Source of the DNA: Planctomycetota bacterium
Lineage (GTDB): Bacteria; Planctomycetota; UBA11346
DNA: 27,060 nt
Direction: 5' to 3'
NCBI GenBank assembly: GCA_038213805.1
Contig: JBBQSO010000072.1
Span: forward strand, 1 to 27,060
Positions 9,367-16,760 of the stretch are shown here, piece by piece (within the stretch, counting starts at the first letter, position 1; the number at the start of each line of letters is the position of its first letter). A model generated the notes under the pieces. That model searched no databases. It was not told where the DNA came from and saw only the letters and a program-made list of their open reading frames with translations. Made by a program: the position numbers and the translations under genes.

Positions 9367-9428
9367 GACGAAACGCCTCGTCGCGACCGCCCTGCGGCGG
9401 ACCGCACGAAGCGTCGGTAGCATCCAGA

Positions 9429-9464
9429 ACGGGGAGCCCGATCCCGGGCTCCCCGTAGTATTTT
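9429..9464 (+). terminator. Probable intrinsic terminator after tRNA-Ala
   Basis: 12-bp perfect stem ACGGGGAGCCCG-atcc-CGGGCTCCCCGT followed by AGTATTTT. Confidence 0.7.
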
Positions 9465-9558
9465 CCCTGTCAGCGCACCCACGCGCCCGGTTCTATGCCG
9501 CCCGGTCAAGGGCTTGCGCAGCGTGCACTGACTAACAGAGTCCCGCCTCGGAGTGATA

Positions 9559-10014
9559 ATGGCCATCCAGCGTACCTTCGTCATCCTCAAGCCCGACGCC
9601 GTGCAGCGCGGCCTCACCGGCGAGATCCTCGCCCGGCTCGAGCGCAAGGGCCTGCAGCTGGTGGGCATGAAGTTCATCAAGGCGACCGAGACCCAGTCCG
9701 CCAAGCATTACGAGGAACACAAAGAGAAGCCCTTCTTCAAGAGCCTCGTGCAGTTCTTCACCTCCAGCCCGCTGGTCGCCCTGGTCCTGGACGGCGACGA
9801 GGCCATCGCCGTGGTCCGCACACTGGTCGGCAGCACCGACGGCCGCAAGGCGCCCCCCGGAACCATCCGCGGCGACTTCGGCATCTCGCGCTCGAACAAC
9901 TTGGTCCACGCCAGCGACAGCCCCGAGAGCGCCGTGCGCGAGCTCGCCATCTGGTTCCCCGAGCCCCTCGTCACCTGGACCCCGGCCACCCAGGCCTGGA
10001 TCCAAGGGGACTAG
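9559..10014 (+). CDS. ndk: Nucleoside diphosphate kinase
   Basis: QRTFVILKPDAVQRGL, HYEEHKEKPFF, PGTIRGDF and catalytic NLVHASDS. GGAG RBS upstream. Confidence 0.98.
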   Translation: MAIQRTFVILKPDAVQRGLTGEILARLERKGLQLVGMKFIKATETQSAKHYEEHKEKPFFKSLVQFFTSSPLVALVLDGDEAIAVVRTLVGSTDGRKAPPGTIRGDFGISRSNNLVHASDSPESAVRELAIWFPEPLVTWTPATQAWIQGD

Positions 10015-10082
10015 CGCCGCGTCCGACCCCGGGCATCATCCGGCGGAGCGGACCCATCCATCGTCCGCAACGTCTTCGTCGA

Positions 10083-10153
10083 TACCCCGTGGTGTAACGG
10101 TAACACTAGAGACTTTGACTCTCTCATTCCTGGTTCGAATCCAGGCGGGGTAG
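10083..10153 (+). tRNA. tRNA-Gln (anticodon TTG), CCA not encoded
   Basis: Acceptor stem TACCCCG/CGGGGTA, D-arm GTGT-AACGGTA-ACAC, anticodon arm AGAGA-CTTTGAC-TCTCT, T-arm CCTGG-TTCGAAT-CCAGG, discriminator G. Confidence 0.96.
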
Positions 10154-10350
10154 CTTTTGGGGCCCAGGGCGGCGCAGAATCCCGCGCGCATTTTCACTGC
10201 TGCGCTCCACGCGCCACATAGATTGGCGCCGCATGAAAGATGGAAGTCCATATGGAAATAGGGCTTGCCGCCGAACCCTTAGCAGGGACCGGCTTAACAC
10301 CTATACAGGGTTTCGGAGTACACTATTCTCCCGCAGCACAGGAATAACTC

Positions 10351-11259
10351 ATGACGCCAGGATCGGACGCTTCCGTTTTGGACCTGCCCGTTGCCGAAAA
10401 CGTGGCCGTGGGAACCGTCGAGCAGAAACCCTGGGCCCGGAGCTGGTACTGGTGTGCCCCTGGTGAGATCCCGACCCTGGGCTGGGTCATATTCATCCAT
10501 GTGGCCGCGATCGCCGGACTTGCCCTGCTGCCCTTTCCGGGCTGGACCGCGGTGGGCATTGCCGTTGGGCTGCTCATCCTCGGCGGACTCGGGACGACGG
10601 TATGCTACCATCGCTACCTGGCCCACCGCTCGCTGAAGCTCAACGTGGTGGTCGAGCAGGTGCTGATCTTCTTCGCCATGCTCAACGGCTCGGGCAAGCC
10701 CACCACATGGGTCGGAGTCCACCGCTTCCACCACGCCAGCAGCGACCGCCCCAATGACATCTCCTCGCCGCACCACGGCGGTTTCTGGTGGGCGCACCTG
10801 CGCTGGCTGTGGCAGATCGACCTGGGCATCGCCAAGCCCTACGCCCGCGATCTCAGCTCATTCCGCTACCAGTTCTGGAGCCGGATGCAGGTGCCGATGT
10901 TGGCGCTCTCCGCCTTCGGCGGACTCATGCTCGGCGGCGGCTGGATGCATGCCCTCGCGGCGGCGTTGTGGATCGGACCGATCCGCCTGATCTGGGCGCT
11001 GCACACGCAGTGCACGGTCAACAGCATCTGCCATCTCGGCTCGATGGACGATGAGCACGGATCCGGGCAGAACGTCGGCTGGCTCGCGCTTGCCCACATG
11101 GGCCAGGGTGAGAACTGGCACGGCAACCACCACCGCACTGCAGGCAGCGCCCGACTGGGCTATGGCTGGCAGCTCGATGTCGGTTGGTGGACGATCAAGT
11201 CGCTGGCCCTGGTGGGCTTGGCCTCGCGCATCAAGACCTCGCCGCCCCCCAGTAAATGA
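10351..11259 (+). CDS. Membrane fatty-acid (delta-9 acyl-CoA/acyl-lipid type) desaturase
   Basis: His boxes HRYLAH, HRFHH and GENWHGNHH, plus GFWWAH, VNSICH and TM segments. Confidence 0.93.
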   Translation: MTPGSDASVLDLPVAENVAVGTVEQKPWARSWYWCAPGEIPTLGWVIFIHVAAIAGLALLPFPGWTAVGIAVGLLILGGLGTTVCYHRYLAHRSLKLNVVVEQVLIFFAMLNGSGKPTTWVGVHRFHHASSDRPNDISSPHHGGFWWAHLRWLWQIDLGIAKPYARDLSSFRYQFWSRMQVPMLALSAFGGLMLGGGWMHALAAALWIGPIRLIWALHTQCTVNSICHLGSMDDEHGSGQNVGWLALAHMGQGENWHGNHHRTAGSARLGYGWQLDVGWWTIKSLALVGLASRIKTSPPPSK

Positions 11260-11437
11260 TCCACGCTTGGCACATTAAGCGTTGCCAGGGTCAAACTTAG
11301 GGGCAGAGCGTGGCCATTCGGGCCCATCTGGCTGAAATTTTCGCACTGCGCCATGCGCATGTACATCAGTCTGCGCTTGCCGCTTCCTGCGGTAAGCGGG
11401 CATCCGTAGGATGGCTGGTGCTCCCCTGGAGGCACCG

Positions 11438-11701
11438 ATGCTGACCTCGTCCATGCTCGTCACCCTCCGCCAACTCGCCCCCCTCGTCGACCTGCGCGGC
11501 ATCTCGCACGCGCAGTGGGCGCGCGACGCCGGCACCACCGAGATGACCCTGCGGCGCTACCTGCGGCGCTCGACGCACGTTGGTGACGCGGCGATTTTGG
11601 AGCGCTTGCTCGTCGGGGCGGAATGCTTCGTCGTGGTAGCGTCGGATACGCTGGTAGAGGCGCTGGGCGCTGCGGGGGTGCAGGTGGTGGGGGCGGAGTA
11701 G
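11438..11701 (+). CDS. Small Cro/XRE-like HTH protein (87 aa)
   Basis: GGAGG RBS before the ATG. RGISHAQWARDAGTTEMTLRRYLR fits a Cro-type HTH pattern. Confidence 0.55.
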   Translation: MLTSSMLVTLRQLAPLVDLRGISHAQWARDAGTTEMTLRRYLRRSTHVGDAAILERLLVGAECFVVVASDTLVEALGAAGVQVVGAE

Positions 11702-11721
11702 GCGCCGCCCTCCGCAATCCC

Positions 11722-12635
<914 letters not shown>

Positions 12636-12639
<4 letters not shown>

Positions 12640-13775
12640 GGCGGGCTCTCCGTTCGCGGGACCTGCGGCGTGGACGGCGCCGCAGCGGCGCGGTGACGGG
12701 CGAGCAGCTCTGCCTGGCTGCGCTGGTATTCAGCGCGGTTGCGCGCGACCGTGCGCAGCACCAGGCGCGGCAGGAAGCCGATGATGGCCAGCGCCCAGCG
12801 CGTCACCGCACCCACCGGCTGGTTCTGCCAGGGGAACAGTGCGCGGCCGAGCGCGGACAGGATCTGGTCGGTGACCAGGCCGATCATGCCGATGATGGCG
12901 ATGCCGGCGTAGACGTTCGCGAAGTTGAGCAGCTTGCCCTGGCGGTTGATGAAGTAGCTGATGCCCGAGGTCGCGCCGATCAGCTCGGCGACGATCAGAT
13001 AGGTCCAGGCCCAACCGAGCAGCACGCGCATGTCGCTATAGAGGTTGGGCATGATGCCCGGCAGGATCACGCTGGTCACCAGCTGGCGATTGCGCGCGCC
13101 CAGGGTCTGCGCCGCCTCAAGCAGCGCGCGGTCGAGCTGGCGGGTGGTGTTGGCGACCACCAGCACCATCTGGAAGAAGGTGCCGATGAAGATGACCGCG
13201 ATCTTCGGCGCATCGTTGATGCCGAGGATCGCCACCATCAGCGCGCCGAAGGCCGGCGCCGGCATGTAGCGGATGAAATCGACGAACGGCTCGACCACGC
13301 GCGCGATTGCCGCGAAGGTACCGCACAGGACGCCCAGCGGCACGCCAACCAATGCTGAGAGCGTGAAGCCCCAGAAGATCACCTGGATGCTCTGCCACAG
13401 ACTCTGGTGCAGCCACGGATCGCCGCGCAGCCGTGGTGGCGTGACGAAGGCCTGGTAGAGCGCGACCGCCACCAGGTGCGGCGCCGGCAGGAACACCGGG
13501 TTTGCGGGCACCCCGGTGGCCGGCATCTGGCCGGCGGACACCAGGCGCTGGTTCTCGCGCACGAAGGAGCCGTGTTCGACCAGCGTTCCCGGCTTCAGAT
13601 AGCTGTCCTGCGCGCCGCGCTCCACCGCCATCATCGGATGCCAGATCCATGGCACATAGCTGACCGCGCTCCACACCGCGAGCGGCAGGATCACGGCGAG
13701 CAGGGCCAGCACCGCGCGCTGGCGCGGGGCCAGCTCGCGGCGCACGGCGAACCACGGGGTGGATGGGACGCCCAC
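12636..13775 (-). CDS. NitT/TauT-family ABC transporter permease
   Basis: Multiple TM helices, EAA motif [10 protein letters not shown] and [14 protein letters not shown]. Overlaps the ATPase start by 4 bp. Confidence 0.94.
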
Positions 13776-13777
13776 CG

Positions 13778-14758
13778 TTACTTCATCGCGGCGGTGAAGC
13801 TCGGGTCGAGGTAGGCCTTCACGTCCTGGGCCTCTTTGTAAACGCCGTGGGCGACGTTGAAGGCGTTGACGATGGTGCTCGATCCGTACACCGAGTCGAG
13901 GCCCGCGCCCACCGTGTAGGCGGTGTGGTTGGCCGCGAGGTCGAGCAGATGGGTGCCGTCGAGCAGCGGCTTGTACTGCTCCGCGGTCAGCATCACGCGC
14001 GCGCTCATCAGCTTAAGCGCTTCGGGCTGGGTCTTGGGATCGGCGATGAAGGCCACCACTTTGGGCCACACGGCGACGACCTTGGCCCACTCCGCCTTGT
14101 GCACGGCCAGGCTCTCGCGCGAGACGTAGAGGCCGTCGTAGATCAGGCCGGGCGCGTCCTTGCTGCTGAAGAGCACCTTGGAGCCAGCCACCTGGCGCAG
14201 CGCCTGACCCGCGTTCGGCTGCCACGCGGCGATCGCCGCCACGCCGCCGGAGGAGAGTCCCTGCGGAGTTTCGTTGGTCGGCATGTTGACCAGGGTGACG
14301 TCGCCCTCGCCCAGGCCGTTCGCCTCGAGCGCCTTGAGCAGCAGCAGGTGGTCGACCAGATTGAGCTCCACGCCGATCTTCTTGCCTTTGAGCGCCTTGA
14401 TGTCGGCGATCCCGGGCGCGGCGATGATCATGTCATTGCCGTTGCTGTAGTCGTTGAGGACGATGCAGGTCGAGGCCTTGCCGGCCGAGCCGGTGACCAG
14501 TGCATCGCCGTTGGTCACGCACACCGCGTCAACCTTACCGGCTGAGAAAGCGTCCATGCTCGGCCCGTATTCGAACCACACGAAATCGACGGCGACGCCG
14601 GCATCCTTGAACCAGCCCTTCTGGATCGCCACCTCCCAGGCGACCCAGCCCGGCCAGTCGCTGTAGGCGACCTTAAGAGGTTCGGCGGCCTGCAGCGGCA
14701 GGGCGAGTCCGAACACGCCCAGAGCGAGCAGGTGGAGGATGGTGCGGGTGACGTTCAT
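13778..14758 (-). CDS. NitT/TauT-family ABC substrate-binding protein (probable guanidine binding)
   Basis: Signal peptide MNVTRTILHLLALGVFGLALPLQA, then YSDWPGWVAW, DYSNGND and LKGKKIGVE. Lies downstream of a guanidine-II riboswitch. Confidence 0.92.
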   Translation of the reverse strand: MNVTRTILHLLALGVFGLALPLQAAEPLKVAYSDWPGWVAWEVAIQKGWFKDAGVAVDFVWFEYGPSMDAFSAGKVDAVCVTNGDALVTGSAGKASTCIVLNDYSNGNDMIIAAPGIADIKALKGKKIGVELNLVDHLLLLKALEANGLGEGDVTLVNMPTNETPQGLSSGGVAAIAAWQPNAGQALRQVAGSKVLFSSKDAPGLIYDGLYVSRESLAVHKAEWAKVVAVWPKVVAFIADPKTQPEALKLMSARVMLTAEQYKPLLDGTHLLDLAANHTAYTVGAGLDSVYGSSTIVNAFNVAHGVYKEAQDVKAYLDPSFTAAMK

Positions 14759-14937
14759 GGGAGGGCTCCGAAGTGGGACTGCTGCGCGGTGCACGTGCGC
14801 CGCGCCATCGTGGTGGCAAAAAATCGAGCAGCCGCCCGTTCGCTGAACGGCGGCCGTCATGGTCATGGAAGGTTTCTGAGCGCCGGGCAGAAGCCCGGAA
14901 TGCGCGGGAGGATCAGCGTACGGCATCGCAACATCCG

Positions 14938-14982
14938 TCCGGGCCGTCCCGGATCCTGAGCTGCCGCAGTGGGTCGTCCCAC
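14938..14982 (-). ncRNA. Guanidine-II (mini-ykkC) riboswitch upstream of the ABC transporter
   Basis: The minus strand reads GTGGG-ACGA-CCCAC, a 15-nt linker, then TCCGGG-ACGG-CCCGGA. These are two GC stems with ACGR tetraloops. Confidence 0.88.
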
Positions 14983-15045
14983 GTCGTCGATGCGCGGAAG
15001 GCGCATCATCGCTGGGGCCGCGCAGGGCGGTCCCACCGTGCTGAA

Positions 15046-15060
15046 GCAATCATCATTCCA
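15046..15060 (-). promoter_or_regulatory. Sigma-54 (-24/-12) promoter of the ABC transporter operon
   Basis: The minus strand reads TGGAAT-GATGA-TTGC with the exact GG-N10-GC spacing. Confidence 0.75.
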
Positions 15061-15113
15061 AGTCCGAGGGCGCTGCGAGCCGGGCGCGGAAATGAGGGAC
15101 GACGCTGACGCCT

Positions 15114-15141
15114 CTGGCAGGCGCGACAACGGGCCTGCCAG
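15114..15141. repeat. Inverted repeat between the divergent sigma-54 promoters (candidate activator binding site)
   Basis: CTGGCAGGC-N10-GCCTGCCAG, with perfect 9-bp arms. Confidence 0.5.
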
Positions 15142-15157
15142 CGGATTCCCTTGCGCT

Positions 15158-15172
15158 TGGCACGGTCATTGC
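15158..15172 (+). promoter_or_regulatory. Sigma-54 (-24/-12) promoter of the catabolic operon
   Basis: TGGCACG-GTCA-TTGC matches the TGGCACG-N4-TTGC consensus. Confidence 0.85.
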
Positions 15173-15238
15173 CTATGGATCCCACCACATCGTTCCTCCC
15201 TGAGCGCGGCTGCACCGCGACGAAACAGGAGGAGCCCG

Positions 15239-15282
15239 GACGGGACGACCCGTCTGGCGAACTGCCGTCGGGACGACCCGAC
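15239..15282 (+). ncRNA. Guanidine-II (mini-ykkC) riboswitch upstream of cgdAB/carboxylase
   Basis: GACGGG-ACGA-CCCGTC, a 12-nt linker, then GTCGGG-ACGA-CCCGAC. Confidence 0.92.
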
Positions 15283-15378
15283 CCCAGGTACCTGGGCCAT
15301 GACGATGACCCCCGACGTTCCCGATCACCGTTGCGGATGCCGCGCATCCCCAGCACCTGCACCGTCCATGGAGCGCCC

Positions 15379-16104
15379 ATGAGCGAGGTCTTCCACCGCG
15401 AAACCCTGCGCGGCGGCCAGAAGTGGTCGCGCATCGTCAAGCGCCACCAGGCGCTGCGCCTGATCGACGCGAGCAGCGGCGGCGGCGCCGGCGCCACCTG
15501 CGTGGCGGCGCTGCTCTTCAACGCCGCGGATCCGGCCGAGCGCTACAACATGCCGGACACGCTGAAGGCGCAGTTCTCGGCGTTCCTGACCGCTGGCCGC
15601 GTACTGTTCTCGGACATGGGGCACATCCTCGCCTCGTTCACCTCGGACACCTGCGGCTGGCACGACACCCTCACCGGCCACCAGGACGCCGCAGGCGCGG
15701 CGGCGCGCTTCGGTAGCGGCACGTATCAGGACCTGCGCAACGATTGCCCACGCAACACCCGCGACAACGTTCTGGTCGAACTGGTCAAACACGGACTCGG
15801 CCGCCGTGATCTGCACGCCAACCTCAACCTTTTCGCCAAGGTGGTGACCGACGAGGCCGGGCGCTTCGCCTGGGTGCCCGGAAATTCGCACCCGGGCGCC
15901 TACGTCGAGCTGCGCATGGAGATGGACGTGCTGGTGGTGCTGTCGAACACGCCGCACCCGCTCGACCCGGCCACCGCCTACGGGCCGCCGCCGGTGGCCC
16001 TGGAACTGCGCCGGGTGCCGCCCCCTGCCGCGGACGATCCCTGCCGCGTGGCGCGCACCGAGAACGGCCGCGGCTTCACCCTCACCGAGGGGTTGTTCCG
16101 ATGA
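15379..16104 (+). CDS. cgdA: Urea carboxylase-associated protein (DUF1989, UAAP-type), carboxyguanidine deiminase subunit
   Basis: [68 protein letters not shown]. The A/B assignment is by gene order. Confidence 0.9.
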   Translation: MSEVFHRETLRGGQKWSRIVKRHQALRLIDASSGGGAGATCVAALLFNAADPAERYNMPDTLKAQFSAFLTAGRVLFSDMGHILASFTSDTCGWHDTLTGHQDAAGAAARFGSGTYQDLRNDCPRNTRDNVLVELVKHGLGRRDLHANLNLFAKVVTDEAGRFAWVPGNSHPGAYVELRMEMDVLVVLSNTPHPLDPATAYGPPPVALELRRVPPPAADDPCRVARTENGRGFTLTEGLFR

Positions 16105-16760
16105 GCACGCTCACCGCTAAGACCCGCGATCCGGCGCAGGCCGCGCTCGACGTCACTGTGCTGAGCGGCGATGGCTGGTGCCATCCGCTGCGCCGCGGCC
16201 AGGTGCTGCGCATCGTCGACCTGGAAGGCAACCAGGCGGTCGACACGCTGTTCTACGCGCTGCAGGACCCGGGCGAGCGCTATGACGCCTGCGCGACGAT
16301 GCGCGCGCAGGGTGCGCTCTATCTGACCACCGGCACCACGCTGCTGTCGAGCGAGGGTCGACCGATGCTGGTCATCACCGCGGACACCTGCGGGCGCCAC
16401 GACACCGTGGGCGGGGCGTGCTCATGCGAGAGCAACCAGGTGCGCTACGCCATCGACAAGCAGTGGATGCACAGCTGCCGTGACACCTTCCTGCTTGAAC
16501 TGGCGCGCTACGAGGGCCGGCCCACCGGCCCGCCACTCGCCAAGCGCGATCTGACGCACAACATCAACTTCTTCATGAACGTGCCGGTGACGCCGGCTGG
16601 CGAGCTGACCTTCGCCGACGGTATCTCCGCCACCGGCAGCTATGTCGAACTGCGCGCCGAGATGGATGTGCTGGTGCTGGTCTCGAACTGCCCCCAGCTC
16701 AACAACCCGTGCAACGGCTGGAATCCCACGCCGGTGCGCATGCTGGTGTGGGACGCATGA
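16101..16760 (+). CDS. cgdB: Urea carboxylase-associated protein (DUF1989, UAAP-type), carboxyguanidine deiminase subunit
   Basis: [65 protein letters not shown] overlap with the upstream gene. Confidence 0.92.
   Translation: MSTLTAKTRDPAQAALDVTVLSGDGWCHPLRRGQVLRIVDLEGNQAVDTLFYALQDPGERYDACATMRAQGALYLTTGTTLLSSEGRPMLVITADTCGRHDTVGGACSCESNQVRYAIDKQWMHSCRDTFLLELARYEGRPTGPPLAKRDLTHNINFFMNVPVTPAGELTFADGISATGSYVELRAEMDVLVLVSNCPQLNNPCNGWNPTPVRMLVWDA

Noticed and set aside
11268..11285. TGGCAC...TTGC as a sigma-54 promoter
   Set aside because: The spacer is 8 nt instead of the strictly required 5.
14881..14900. CGCCGGGCAGAAGCCCGGAA resembles the 3' hairpin of a guanidine-I (ykkC) riboswitch
   Set aside because: It is on the wrong strand for the transporter, lies upstream of the plus-strand promoter, and lacks the conserved 5' elements (CUAGGGUUCCG, GGUCCGAG).
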